A DNA stretch of 64,000 nucleotides from an uncultured Candidatus Binatia bacterium (GCA_965214605.1 OZ243961.1:4096001-4160000), one strand, 5' to 3'; numbered from the stretch's first letter, positions 29,121 through 39,820 are shown. The notes: a model not told the origin generated them from the sequence alone. Program-made: numbers and translations.

Positions 29121-30125
29121 ATGCGTGTGTTGGTGACCGGAGCGTCCGGTTTTGTGGGCGGAATTGTCGCCCGTGCCTTGGTCCAGGCCGGACACGAAGT
29201 GCGGGCTCTGACCCGGCCTCAGGCTGACTGTCGTCTGCTGGCCGATTTGCCTGTAACAACCGTCGCAGGTGATGTCCGTAACCTTGATGCAGTCCGTCGG
29301 GCAACGGCCGGCTGTTCCCAGGTGTACCATGTCGCGGCGCTCTACAAGCTGTGGGTACGCCGTCAGCGAGATATGTATGAGAGCAACGTGACCGGAACCG
29401 AGAACGTTCTTCGGGCGGCAGAGGACCTTGGCGTGGAGAGGATCGTGTATACCAGCTCTGTGGCGACTCTGGGCTGTGCCGGGGATGGAAGCTTAGGCCG
29501 AGAGGACACGCCGGTGTCTCTGGCTGATATGCTCGGCCACTATAAGCGTAGTAAGTTTCTGGCCGAACAAGTCGCACTGAAATACGCCCGACGGGGAGTC
29601 CCGGTTGTCATTGTTAATCCGAGTACACCAGTTGGTATCGGCGACCTCAAACCGACACCAACCGGACGGATGATCGTCGATTTTTTGAACGGTCGGATAC
29701 CGGGCTATGTTGATACCGGTCTCAATTTGGTCGATGTCGAAGATGTTGCACAAGGTCATCTGTTGGCGGCCGAGAAAGGTCGTATTGGTGAGAAATATAT
29801 TCTAGGTCACGAGAATCTGACGCTCCGGCAGATCTTCGGACTGCTATCCGAGCTGACCGGTCAACCTGTTCCTAGGTTTAAGGTTCCGTATCCGCTGGCG
29901 CTTGGGGCAGCCTACGGAGATGCGGCGCTGGCGCGTCTCATTCCTGGCCGTGAGCCCTCAATTCCTCCGGTTGGAGTCAAATTGAGCAAAAAAAAGATGT
30001 TTTTTGATGCTACCAAGGCAATCCAGGAGCTGGGGTTGCCACAAACTCCGGTCCGTGAGGCGCTGCGCAAAGCGGTATCCTGGTTTCGACAGTTTGGCTA
30101 CATCAAAAAAGAGGTTGAGGCATAG
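29121..30125 (+). CDS. hpnA: Hopanoid-associated sugar epimerase (extended SDR)
   Basis: VTGASGFVG, YHVAALY, YTSSVATLG, HYKRSK, VNPSTPVG.GD.KPTPTG motifs; adjacent to hpnB and hpnG. Confidence 0.88.
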   Translation: MRVLVTGASGFVGGIVARALVQAGHEVRALTRPQADCRLLADLPVTTVAGDVRNLDAVRRATAGCSQVYHVAALYKLWVRRQRDMYESNVTGTENVLRAAEDLGVERIVYTSSVATLGCAGDGSLGREDTPVSLADMLGHYKRSKFLAEQVALKYARRGVPVVIVNPSTPVGIGDLKPTPTGRMIVDFLNGRIPGYVDTGLNLVDVEDVAQGHLLAAEKGRIGEKYILGHENLTLRQIFGLLSELTGQPVPRFKVPYPLALGAAYGDAALARLIPGREPSIPPVGVKLSKKKMFFDATKAIQELGLPQTPVREALRKAVSWFRQFGYIKKEVEA

Positions 30126-30134
30126 AGCGGGGCG

Positions 30135-31371
30135 TTGGATATTTTCCTCTTGTTGGGCGCTGTCTCGGTTCTTGTGTGGCTTGGCATCCTCCTCCATCCC
30201 GCTCGTCCATGGGATTTTCAGCTGGTCGGTGAGGATAAGTCGGCTGATTGTGAGGACGCGCAATCAGATCGCTGGCCGTCCGTCTGTGTTCTGGTGCCGG
30301 CTCGCAACGAAGCCGAGGTCCTACCTCCACACCCTGCCTGCTCTGCTGCAACAGGACTATCCCGGTCACCTGACGATTCTTGTTGTTGATGAGCGTTCGG
30401 ACGATGCGAGCAGTGAGGTCGCCTGTCAGATGGGCCATCGGCTCGACACCTCACACCAACTGGTCGTCGTGTCTGGCGCTCCGCTCCCGCCCGGTTGGGT
30501 CGGAAAAGTCTGGGGACTTGAGCAGGGCGCGGCCGCCTGCGGTCTGGGCAGTCCTGGGACCGCAAGCTTATACTCTCAGCGGCGAAATTTTCTGCCGCGT
30601 CCCGACTATGTCTTGTTGACAGATGCCGATATTTACCACGCTCCACGTTCTGTCTGGCGACTAGTTGCAGAGAGCGAGCGGGGAGGGCTGGCCCTCAACA
30701 GTCGAATGGCTCGTCTGCGGTGCGTGTCCAGGACCGAACGCCTGCTGATTCCCCCCTTTGTCTTTTTCTTTGGTCTGTTGTATCCGATGCGGTGGGTGAA
30801 CAGCCCACGCCACCGGGTTGCCGCTGCGGCTGGCGGGTGTGTGCTGCTGACGGCCACTGGTTTGGAAAAAATCGGTGGTTTTGCCAGTATCAAAGGCGAG
30901 ATTATTGACGACCTGAATTTGGCCCTCCGTATCAAACGCGTCCCCTTGGCAGTACGCTTGAGCCTGAGTCGAACCGAGGTCACCAGTTTACGGGTGTATA
31001 ATGAACTCCGCACAATCTGGACCATGGTACGCCGGACCGCCTTTACCGAGCTGCGCTACTCGGCTCTGCGTCTTCTTGGCACCTTCGTTGGTTTAGGGCT
31101 GCTGTTTGTACTGCCCCCGGTGTGGTGCGTGGGCGGGCTAGGCCTAGCGCTGTGGACTGGAGCGGACACGCGAGCCCTCTTGCTCAGCCTCGAGGGCAGC
31201 GTCGCCCTAGTGCTCAGCGTTATTGTCTACTGGCCAGCTATTCGTTTCTTTGAGTTACCCCGTTACTGGGTATGGACGCTGCCACTGGCAGGGAGCTTAT
31301 ACGGAGCGATGACGGTCGATTCAGCCTTGCACTATTGGACTGGCAGGCGGATCGGCTGGCGGGATAACTAG
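30135..31371 (+). pseudogene. hpnB: Hopanoid glycosyltransferase HpnB-like, frameshifted
   Basis: N-part (WPSVCVLVPARNEAEVLP) and C-part (HTLPALLQQDYPG..LPPGWVGK..LTDADI..AAAGGC..IIDD) are in different frames. Removing one C at 30327-30328 restores EVLPHTLP. Confidence 0.75.
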
Positions 31372-31439
31372 TGTTATGATGGGGTGTCAAGGTTGAGGCC
31401 TGCTTGGCGTGAACCACACTCTAGCCTTAGACTCTCCCT

Positions 31440-32201
31440 ATGCAAAATACTCTTCCCCTGGCCGTTTTTACCGCCCTCTCCTGGGAGAGCGCCGCTGTGC
31501 GAGCCGCCCTACGTCAGCTCAGACGTGAAGACAAGCGGGTGTGGCGGGGAATGGCGGGCCAACGAGAGGTGGTAGTCATGGCCGGAGGGATCGGTCCGCG
31601 CCGGACACAGCGCGCGCTTGAGCGATTCCGCCATACGCCCCTGTCAGCCGTGTTGTCGGTCGGCTGTGCCGGTGCCCTGCGAGCAGACCTCGTTTCGGGC
31701 CAACTCGTGCTGGCGCCCGATGTTCGGATGTATGCGGCCACCGGCTCACAGTCGCAACTCGACCGCTTTCCCACCCATCCCGGTTTTTTGAGTCAAGCAC
31801 GGGCCGGAGCCGCGCGCGCCAGAATTTCTGTAGTGGACGGACCTCTCTTGAGCAGCCCGCGGGTACTGCTCAGCAGCCAGGAGAAAGCTCACTACGGCAG
31901 ACACACCCGGGCGGTTGCGGTAGAGATGGAAAGCGGCGTACATGCCACGTTTGCTCAGGCCCGGGATCTCCCTTTTTTGCCTTTACGGGTGATCCTCGAC
32001 CCGCTCGGGATGTCCTTACCCGCTGTCGAAGGGCTGACTACACCCGAGGGCGATATCCGTCCCCTCAAGGCTGCCTCCAGGGTACTCACCCACCCCCGTG
32101 CTCTGCCCGTCCTGCTCGCCCTAGGGCGTGTCCGATCCAGGGTTGCTCAGACAATTACCCGGCTGTGCCGGATTCTGCTACCGGTTCTGCGCGTGTCCTA
32201 A
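31440..32201 (+). CDS. Nucleoside phosphorylase family, HpnG-like
   Basis: ALSWE, GGIG, SVGCAGAL, AVEMES and LRVILD motifs; in the hpn cluster. Confidence 0.75.
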   Translation: MQNTLPLAVFTALSWESAAVRAALRQLRREDKRVWRGMAGQREVVVMAGGIGPRRTQRALERFRHTPLSAVLSVGCAGALRADLVSGQLVLAPDVRMYAATGSQSQLDRFPTHPGFLSQARAGAARARISVVDGPLLSSPRVLLSSQEKAHYGRHTRAVAVEMESGVHATFAQARDLPFLPLRVILDPLGMSLPAVEGLTTPEGDIRPLKAASRVLTHPRALPVLLALGRVRSRVAQTITRLCRILLPVLRVS

Positions 32202-32236
32202 AGAAGACTCTTGGCCGTCCACTGCATCACCATCCG

Positions 32237-33037
32237 CTATTGGTCGGCTATTTCGGCCTTCAACTTTTTTTGTAGGTCAAACGCGGGCCGGGCCAGATCG
32301 CGGCGTCCAAGCTTCAAATATCCTCTCCACGATTTCTCTAGGCTGGTGATAGCCTCATCGCGTTGGCCTAACTCGCTATACACCACACCTAGGCCGTGAT
32401 GGACCTCCGGGTCGTCTGGGTTGAGCCGGATGACCTCTTCATACTCTTGCCGGGCCTCTTGATACAAGCCTTTCTCGGTATACACTTTGGCCAATCGATT
32501 ATGGGCGGCACTCATGTCTGGCTCAAGTCGAATGGCCTCTTTATAGGCCTCAATAGCCTCATCCTGTTGGCCGATTTTGAGCAACTCCTGACCTAGCTCA
32601 AAATGAACTGAGGCCGAGTCCGGCTCGTATTGCAACGCCCGTTGAAACGCATCGACGGCCTCAGCCGATTTATTGTTGCGTCGCAGCTCAGCCCCTCGCT
32701 TCACATAATAGCCGGCCAGGGCGGTGCGTGCTCCAACGTGCTCGGGCGTGCGGTTTAAGACCTCCCGGTACCAGTTCAGGGAAGTATCAATTGCCCCCAG
32801 CTTTTCATATACCACGCCCAGACGGTAGCGCGCTTCGACGTGCTCGGGCTGTTCCTTGAGCAGCTCTGTGTACTCAGAGACCGCCTCACTCCAGCGCATG
32901 GTCTCTTCGTAGCCCATACCCCGACTCATCCGATCCTGAGCCTCGGCCTGAGATACCATCAGAAGTCCCAGACCGAGCCATATTCCGCTGAGCAGCCAAT
33001 AGTATTTTCGCACGGTTTCCTCCAATCTCGCTTGCAT
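32237..33037 (-). CDS. Exported tetratricopeptide-repeat protein
   Basis: Signal peptide (AEA|Q) and about six TPR motifs. Confidence 0.88.
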   Translation of the reverse strand: MQARLEETVRKYYWLLSGIWLGLGLLMVSQAEAQDRMSRGMGYEETMRWSEAVSEYTELLKEQPEHVEARYRLGVVYEKLGAIDTSLNWYREVLNRTPEHVGARTALAGYYVKRGAELRRNNKSAEAVDAFQRALQYEPDSASVHFELGQELLKIGQQDEAIEAYKEAIRLEPDMSAAHNRLAKVYTEKGLYQEARQEYEEVIRLNPDDPEVHHGLGVVYSELGQRDEAITSLEKSWRGYLKLGRRDLARPAFDLQKKLKAEIADQ

Positions 33038-33163
33038 GCGTCTCTACTATGCATATCCAGCTTCGCCGCCGTCTGCAATCTCGGTGGCGCCTGTGGCAGG
33101 ATCTAGGCGAGAATACAATTGTCAGCTAGAATGCTTGCGCGCAACACAGATAAGGAGGACGTC

Positions 33164-33382
33164 ATGGCTTCGTGCGAGCATCTTTGGCATGCAGAAGAGC
33201 AGATGCGTAACCTCCTGCATATGGTCAACGAACATCTCAAACAGCATGATCCAGACGAAGATGCCTACGGTGCACTGCTGGCCGTTGCGCATCATATCAA
33301 TGAGGCCTTTCGCGAACTGAGCTATTTACTCGATCAGGCTGAGGAAACAGAGGAGCCCTTTGAGAAAGAGGTGGGGCATTAA
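33164..33382 (+). CDS. Small His-rich helical hypothetical protein
   Basis: Strong TAAGGAGG RBS; 72 aa with 8 His and an N-terminal CxH. Confidence 0.65.
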   Translation: MASCEHLWHAEEQMRNLLHMVNEHLKQHDPDEDAYGALLAVAHHINEAFRELSYLLDQAEETEEPFEKEVGH

Positions 33383-33386
33383 AGAT

Positions 33387-33575
33387 ATGGAAGACAAACC
33401 GCCCCAGGTGACAAAGCCGTTCCGACTGCTCACCGCCCGTAACGGTTTTATTTTGCATATTACGCCGCACGTGAGGCCCAAACAGATCAAGATGCAGAAA
33501 TCCTCTGGTCCGCATATGATCTATGCCATCTCGTATATGTATCCGGAGCAGATGGCCCTGACCCGAAGCAACTAA
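33387..33575 (+). CDS. Small hypothetical protein
   Basis: Starts 4 nt after the previous stop; no recognisable motif. Confidence 0.4.
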   Translation: MEDKPPQVTKPFRLLTARNGFILHITPHVRPKQIKMQKSSGPHMIYAISYMYPEQMALTRSN

Positions 33576-33600
33576 AACCAGATATGGTTTGGGCCGACAC

Positions 33601-35094
33601 TTACAGCCCCAGTTTGCCGGGGTTCATAATCCCGGCCGGGTCGAGGCTGGCTTTGAGGCCGCGCAGGACCTCCATGCCGCCGCCCAGCTGACGCTGGACC
33701 AAATGGCCGAGACGCACCCCTACACCGTGGACATACTCGATTGAGCCCCCGATGTTTTGAGCCATCCGTAAAATGGTGTCGGTTGCCCGTCGCATGGTCT
33801 CGGCCGCGGCCGGGTCACGGACTGGTGAACAGTACAAGACCAGCGAATAGCACTCGGGCCAGATCCAGACCGCTTCTTGGCACAGCTGGACCGGGCTGTT
33901 TTGCAACTGGTCGGCGACCCAGAGGCGAAAGCTGAGGAGTTCGGCGGCCGGGATGCTCAGGTGTAGATAGTCCAGCTGGGCCTTACCGGCCGGGGTGTTG
34001 AGCCACGCGCCGTCGCGCTGATTGGGATCCTCGGCCCAGCGGTCGGCGGCGGCATGGCGTGTAGACCAATAGGTGTCGAGATCCGCGGCCTCGTCTTCCG
34101 GGATTGCGCCGTGGCTGGTGACAATAGTGTGGGCGAGGTCTTGCTGGGCGGCGACCTCTGAGGCTTGGCCGTCAAAAACAAGCACCAGATAGGACGGGGA
34201 GGAATCCGTTGATACCGGATCGGTGTCAGATTCCAGGCCAGGTGCCGCACGGCGTCCCCGTAGTTCGGACGGCCAGCTATCGACCGATAGCTCCATTGAG
34301 GTTGGCACTAGGCCGCGACCCTGCATCTCGAGCAGGGCACGAAAACCGCTTGGAAAGTCGGCAAAGGTGAAGCCGAGCAGGACCTGGGTTGGGAGCTGGG
34401 GAAAAATTCGCAGCGTTGCCTCGGTCACAATCCCCAGCGTTCCTTCCGCACCAATAAAAAGCTGGGTCAGGTCCGGACCGGTCGAGCGTTTGCGCGTGCC
34501 AGGGGTGTGGATAACGGTTCCGGTGCCAAGCACGGCCTCAAGTCCGAGCACCTGATCCGCCATCGAACCATAGCGTCCGCCGAGATAGCCCAGTCCATTG
34601 GTGCTAATCGCTCCGCCAACAGTCGCCATACCAATGGACCATGGATCATGGCCGAGCAGCAGGCCGTGCTGGCGGAGGCGTTCGCCTAGCGGACGCAGAC
34701 GCACGCCGCTCTGGACCTGAACGGTCAGTGCTTGCTGATCAATTGCTAAGATCCGGTCCATACGGCGCATATCAACGATGATACCCGGCCTGACAGACAG
34801 GGCTCCACCCATCAGGCCGCTGCCGCCTCCGTGTGGAACCAACGGGATGGCATAGCGGCGGGCGATATCAACCAGGTTCACCACCTGTTGGGCCGAGCCG
34901 GGTTGTACGACTGCCACAGGCGGTTGCTCCAAGCCGATCATGGCTCCAAAACCTCGGTGCGGTCGCAGTGCGTCGCGGCTCAGAGCGGTGCGGATTGCAG
35001 GATCGGTCAGCACGTAGTCTGGGCCTAGGGCGGCGCGCAGGGAGGGGATAGCTGGATGCATAAGGATGTACTTTCCTTGCACATAGGATAGCAT
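33601..35094 (-). CDS. FAD-binding oxidoreductase (GlcD/D-lactate dehydrogenase/alkyl-DHAP synthase family)
   Basis: PHGGGSGL, ATVGGAISTNG, GAEGTLGIVT, HGVG and DPAGIMNPGK motifs; start may be ATG 35061. Confidence 0.88.
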   Translation of the reverse strand: MLSYVQGKYILMHPAIPSLRAALGPDYVLTDPAIRTALSRDALRPHRGFGAMIGLEQPPVAVVQPGSAQQVVNLVDIARRYAIPLVPHGGGSGLMGGALSVRPGIIVDMRRMDRILAIDQQALTVQVQSGVRLRPLGERLRQHGLLLGHDPWSIGMATVGGAISTNGLGYLGGRYGSMADQVLGLEAVLGTGTVIHTPGTRKRSTGPDLTQLFIGAEGTLGIVTEATLRIFPQLPTQVLLGFTFADFPSGFRALLEMQGRGLVPTSMELSVDSWPSELRGRRAAPGLESDTDPVSTDSSPSYLVLVFDGQASEVAAQQDLAHTIVTSHGAIPEDEAADLDTYWSTRHAAADRWAEDPNQRDGAWLNTPAGKAQLDYLHLSIPAAELLSFRLWVADQLQNSPVQLCQEAVWIWPECYSLVLYCSPVRDPAAAETMRRATDTILRMAQNIGGSIEYVHGVGVRLGHLVQRQLGGGMEVLRGLKASLDPAGIMNPGKLGL

Positions 35095-35145
35095 GTGGCG
35101 GTCGACGAATATATTCCTGAACCCCCGCAGACGAAGAGAAAACCT

Positions 35146-35715
35146 ATGGCTGAGACTCGGATGATTCTGCCTACCTCTCTCTCTTTGGCCTACACTTCGG
35201 ACCAGATAGCCGGCCGGGTGCGGGATATAGCTCGCCAGCTATCCCAGACCTTTGCCGACCGTGAGCCGCTGGTGATTGGGATCCTTAAAGGCGCATTTAT
35301 TTTTGTGGCTGATCTCGTCCGTGCGATGGATATCCCGGTCCGAATCGATTTCATCCAGGCCGCCAGCTATGGCCGGACAACCAGCTCCTCAGGCAGCGTG
35401 CGGCTGCTACACGACCCCGACCAGTGTCTCCGCGGCCAGGATGTCATCTTAGTCGATACCGTTCTGGATACCGGCTTGACGCTTGCTACCGTGATACCCC
35501 GCCTGAGGCAGGCCCACCCGCGTTCGCTGACAGTGTGCGTGCTGATCAAAAAAGAAGACCGGGTCCAGCGAGAGGTAGCCGTCGATTATGTCGGGTTTGT
35601 GCGCTCCCAGGGCTTTCTCGTCGGTTATGGGACGGATTGGAGTGAGCGCTACCGTCAGCTAGACGGCGTCTACGTGCTTGAAGAGGAGGAGAAAGGGCCG
35701 GCCGCGTTTTTCTAG
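35146..35715 (+). CDS. hpt: Hypoxanthine phosphoribosyltransferase
   Basis: GILKGAFIFVADL, SYG..T.SSG.V, VILVDTVLDTGLT and FLVGYG.D..E.YR motifs. Confidence 0.92.
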   Translation: MAETRMILPTSLSLAYTSDQIAGRVRDIARQLSQTFADREPLVIGILKGAFIFVADLVRAMDIPVRIDFIQAASYGRTTSSSGSVRLLHDPDQCLRGQDVILVDTVLDTGLTLATVIPRLRQAHPRSLTVCVLIKKEDRVQREVAVDYVGFVRSQGFLVGYGTDWSERYRQLDGVYVLEEEEKGPAAFF

Positions 35716-36030
35716 CTGTTGCGATGCGGCTTGGGCACCACCGCCAGCATCTCCCGCCCGGTCTTCGCCTGATATTTGTCCTAAGACGGAGAAATCCCGC
35801 GCATTATATCCCGCCAGTGGTGGGTGCGGGCGCCAGCCCGAAAACACCCGTCGAGAGCCTGCACCTCGGGGCGATGAGGTGCAGATGCCAGCTGGGATGC
35901 TGTGGCCGCCGCCCCCTAAGACGACGACAGGGTTGCCCTTCGCCTCACCATAGATCAGGGGCAGGACGATGGGCTTGCCAAGCCCCGACCCTTCGTTGCC
36001 AACAGTGAGGAACTCCGGGTACCGCCGACT
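35712..36030 (-). pseudogene. Deazaflavin-dependent nitroreductase (DDN) family remnant
   Basis: Fragments in different frames: LTVG..SG..KPIVLPLIYGE..GNPVVV..GG, HPSWHLHL and P.*DKYQAKTGREMLAVV, with stops and frameshifts. Confidence 0.6.
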
Positions 36031-36072
36031 GGCGGTAGAGTCCAACGGCCCCGATCCGTCGTAAGCGTCTCT

Positions 36073-36795
36073 TTAGCGGGGCGTGTGTTGAGCCAAAAAG
36101 TCTTCCACCGCCTGTTTGGCCGCTGGCTGGTCTTGGGGCTCTTTCCAGTTTTCAATAAGTGTGGCGTTTTGGGCCAGACGCGCGATCTCGCGCGAGGTTT
36201 CGGATGGGTGGTACAGATCGTTACCGAGCAAGAGCAGGAGCGGCGTGGAGCACCGGGCGACGAACTCTTTTGACACGTTAAAAAGAAAATCCCCACCATA
36301 CATCGACCTCTTGAACGTCTCCCAGGCTTCGGAACTCGCTTCCGGCCGGTCGGGCTTGAGGCCGTCAGCCCACCCGTCGAACATGTCATAAAATGCCTGA
36401 CGGTTGTCTGAGAGGCCGATTGTCTGAAATAAAATGGCCGAGATAACCCGTTGCGGAGCGGCCTGGATGAGGCCCATACAGTACGGACCGCCGATACACA
36501 TGCCGGCGACATGAAAGCGATCAACACCGAGGTGATCGAGCAGGGCTAGCTGATCCTCGGTATAGACGTGCCAGCTATCGGTTGCCCTGATCGGGGCACT
36601 GGATTGACCGGCGTTGCGCTGGTCCATAGCAATGACGCGATAGTGGGCGGCGAGCTGCGGAATGGGATTCCAGGCGGCCTGATCCCAGAAGGATACCGAG
36701 GAGCGCATACCCCCTGGGGCGATGAGTAAAATCGGAAAACCCGAGCCGTGCTCTTCATAGTACAGCTTGATATCACCACGTTCGAATATTGGCAT
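36073..36795 (-). CDS. Alpha/beta hydrolase (GMCIG elbow)
   Basis: YYEEHGSG.P, AMDQRNAGQS and GMCIGG motifs; AAGGGAG RBS before ATG 36795. Confidence 0.85.
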   Translation of the reverse strand: MPIFERGDIKLYYEEHGSGFPILLIAPGGMRSSVSFWDQAAWNPIPQLAAHYRVIAMDQRNAGQSSAPIRATDSWHVYTEDQLALLDHLGVDRFHVAGMCIGGPYCMGLIQAAPQRVISAILFQTIGLSDNRQAFYDMFDGWADGLKPDRPEASSEAWETFKRSMYGGDFLFNVSKEFVARCSTPLLLLLGNDLYHPSETSREIARLAQNATLIENWKEPQDQPAAKQAVEDFLAQHTPR

Positions 36796-37021
36796 ACACA
36801 GTTCTCCCTTCGGACTCTCGCTCTTGTCCATGGGCCAGAGTCGTATTTCAGACTGTTGTAGCACAACTCTCAGAGTCTGGCAGGCTTATGTTCGGAAGAA
36901 GCAGAGGTTACGGCCGGCAGCGGCCGATTCGAACAGCCTGAGGCACGGCTCGGAAACTTCGCCGTTCTCCTGTCCCCGACGCTTCTCCCTCACAGGGACG
37001 CCTGAACTCGAACCGAACGGG

Positions 37022-39820
37022 TTAGGAGCAACCGCTCGTCGCTCCACAGTTCAGACACTTGTAGCACGACCCGTTCCGGATCATGATTGATCCACAGTCA
37101 GCACAGCTCGGTGCGTCGGCCTGTGATTGCCAGGTGGTGACCTGTGGGAAGTTGCTCCTGGTCTCCTTCGCTGGGGCTGGGACAGGAGCCAGGGGCTTGA
37201 CAGAGGCGGTGTCCGCGGCCTGCTCGACGTCCATCCCTTCGACTAGGCCGATTTCCTCTTTCAACTCGGTTGACAAGAAACGGGTACCCAGAAAGCGGAA
37301 GATATAATCGATCAACGATTTTGCGTAGGGGATATCAGGGTTCTTGGTAAACCCGGACGGCTCAAAGCGGACATGCCCAAACTTATTCACCAACGTTTCC
37401 AGCGGGACCCCGTACTGGAGGGCGACAGAAGTCAGGGTCGCGATTGAGTCCATGAGGCCCGATATGGTGCTGCCTTCCTTGGCCATGCGGATAAAGATTT
37501 CTCCGGGCGATCCGTCTTCATAAAAACCGACGTGGATATAGCCCTCGTGTCCTGCCACCTCAAATTTATGACAGAGGGCCGTGCGATCCATGGGTAGACG
37601 CCGCCGCTTGTCTGGGCTCTCGGCTTTGTCTGCAATGGAGGGCTTCTTTTGCGTCCCCAGCGGTTGGACCCGCTTACACCCGTCACGATAGAGCGCGACC
37701 GCCTTGAGCCCCAGGCGCCAGGCTTCCATATACGCGTCGACAATATCCTCAACCGTGGCGTCGTTGGACAGATTGACCGTTTTGGAGATGGCGCCTGACA
37801 GAAACGGCTGGACCGCTCCCATCATCCGCAAATGGCCCATATGGTGGATCGCTCGATGACCCTGGGCTGGTTTGAACGCGCAGTCAAACACCTCCAGATG
37901 TTCATCGCGCAATCCCGGGGCACCTTCAATTGTCTCCTGCTCGTCAATGTATTCAACAATAGTCTGGATCTCCCGACTGGTGTAGCCAAGCCGCTTGAGG
38001 GCGCGGGGGACCGTGGTATTGACTAGTTTCAGCAGCCCACCGCCAACCAGGCGTTTGTATTTGATCAGGGCAATGTCCGGCTCAACCCCGGTCGTATCGC
38101 AGTCCATCATAAAGGCGATGGTTCCTGTTGGGGCCAGCACGGTAGCTTGCGAGTTGCGGTAGCCAACGCGCTGACCGAGTGCTAGGGCCTCGTCCCAGGC
38201 TTTGCGCGCCTCAGACAGCAGCTCAAGCGGCACCAGAGACGGGGGGAGGTGATGAGCGGCTGAGCGATGTTTGTCGATCACCGCCAGCATCGGCTCACGG
38301 TTCCGTTCATAGCCGGCAAACGAGCCGAGCTGTTGGGCGATGCGGGCTGACTGGAGGTAGGCCTGGCCGGTCATCAGGGCCGTAATCGCGCCCGCATATT
38401 GCCGGCCGGCCTCAGAATCATAGGGCAGGCCCAAGGACATCAGGAGCGCGCCCAGGTTGGCGTAGCCGAGGCCGAGTTCACGAAAGGCTCTGGCGTTGTC
38501 GGTGATGTCGGGTGTGGGATAGCTGGAGTTGTCAACGAGGATGTCTTGGGCGGTAATGCTGATAGCGACAGCGTGCGTAAAGGACGCGGTATCAAATTCG
38601 CCGTCGTCCTTAAGGAATTTTATGAGGTTGAGTGAGGCCAGATTACACGCGCTATCGTCCAGGTGCATGTATTCCGAGCACGGATTGCTGGCATTAATCC
38701 GTCCGCTGTTGGGGCAGGTGTGCCAGGCATTGATCGTCGTATCGAACTGCATGCCTGGGTCGCCGCACTGCCAGGTCGCCTCGGCGATCTTCCGTAATAG
38801 CTCCTCAGCCGCAAAGGTCTCGTGCTCGTGTCCGGTAGTGACGAGCCGAGTCGACCACGGCTGGTGATCGACTACCGCATGCATAAAGGCATCGCTGACC
38901 CGTACCGAGTTGTTGGCGTTCTGAAAGAAGATCGAGCTGTAGGCCGCGCCGTCAATCGATGCATCGTAGCCGGCCTCAATCAGAGTCCAGGCTTTCCGCT
39001 CTTCTTCGGCCTTGCACTGAATAAATTCGATGATGTCCGGGTGGTCCACATTCAGGACGATCATTTTGGCCGCGCGGCGCGTTTTCCCGCCCGATTTAAT
39101 GACCCCTGCTGACGCGTCGGCCGCTCGCATAAACGATACCGGCCCAGAGGCGACCCCCCCGCTCGACAGACGCTCTTTAGATGAGCGGATGCGAGACAGA
39201 TTGACCCCTGAGCCTGAGCCACCTTTAAAAATAACGCCCTCTTTACGGTACCAGTCAAGGATTGACTCCATCTGATCGTTGACCGACAGAATAAAACACG
39301 CGCTGCACTGTGGGTGTGGTTCAACCCCGACGTTGAACCACACCGGACTGTTAAAGGCCAGCTTCTGCTCGACCAACAGATGGGTCAGTTCATCGCTAAA
39401 AATCCGGGCCCTGGCGTCGTCGGTGAAATAGCCATCCTTTTTGCCCCAGGTTGTGATGGTGTCGACGACCCGGCCGATAAGCTGGCGCACGCTGTGTTCC
39501 CGCTGGGGGGTTCCGAGCGGGCCCCGAAAGTATTTTGAGACAACAACGTTGGTCGCCAGCTGAGACCAGGCTTTGGGGATTTCGACCCCGTGCTGCTCAA
39601 ATACAGCCTCCCCGTTTTCTCCTGAGATGACCGCGTTGCGCTGCTCCCATTCGACCAGAGACAACGGATGCTCGTCGGCTCGGGTAAAGTGCCGGGTGAG
39701 GCGGACGCCGCCTCTTTTGGGTGTGGAACGGTTTGGAGGCTCGGCGACTACCGGGGCTGTTTCCGGATCGTCCCCAGACGCGCAGGGTTCCAGTCTCTGC
39801 GAATCATCACCGCCTCTCAC
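37022..39820 (-). CDS. nrdJ: Vitamin B12-dependent (class II) ribonucleotide reductase
   Basis: AFNSPVWFN, QCSACFI, GGKTRRAA, ASNPCSEY, LGLGYANLG, APTGT, GAISKTVN, TSCPD-like domain and C-terminal CxxC...CxxC..SGCS. Confidence 0.96.
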   Translation of the reverse strand: MRGGDDSQRLEPCASGDDPETAPVVAEPPNRSTPKRGGVRLTRHFTRADEHPLSLVEWEQRNAVISGENGEAVFEQHGVEIPKAWSQLATNVVVSKYFRGPLGTPQREHSVRQLIGRVVDTITTWGKKDGYFTDDARARIFSDELTHLLVEQKLAFNSPVWFNVGVEPHPQCSACFILSVNDQMESILDWYRKEGVIFKGGSGSGVNLSRIRSSKERLSSGGVASGPVSFMRAADASAGVIKSGGKTRRAAKMIVLNVDHPDIIEFIQCKAEEERKAWTLIEAGYDASIDGAAYSSIFFQNANNSVRVSDAFMHAVVDHQPWSTRLVTTGHEHETFAAEELLRKIAEATWQCGDPGMQFDTTINAWHTCPNSGRINASNPCSEYMHLDDSACNLASLNLIKFLKDDGEFDTASFTHAVAISITAQDILVDNSSYPTPDITDNARAFRELGLGYANLGALLMSLGLPYDSEAGRQYAGAITALMTGQAYLQSARIAQQLGSFAGYERNREPMLAVIDKHRSAAHHLPPSLVPLELLSEARKAWDEALALGQRVGYRNSQATVLAPTGTIAFMMDCDTTGVEPDIALIKYKRLVGGGLLKLVNTTVPRALKRLGYTSREIQTIVEYIDEQETIEGAPGLRDEHLEVFDCAFKPAQGHRAIHHMGHLRMMGAVQPFLSGAISKTVNLSNDATVEDIVDAYMEAWRLGLKAVALYRDGCKRVQPLGTQKKPSIADKAESPDKRRRLPMDRTALCHKFEVAGHEGYIHVGFYEDGSPGEIFIRMAKEGSTISGLMDSIATLTSVALQYGVPLETLVNKFGHVRFEPSGFTKNPDIPYAKSLIDYIFRFLGTRFLSTELKEEIGLVEGMDVEQAADTASVKPLAPVPAPAKETRSNFPQVTTWQSQADAPSCADCGSIMIRNGSCYKCLNCGATSGCS

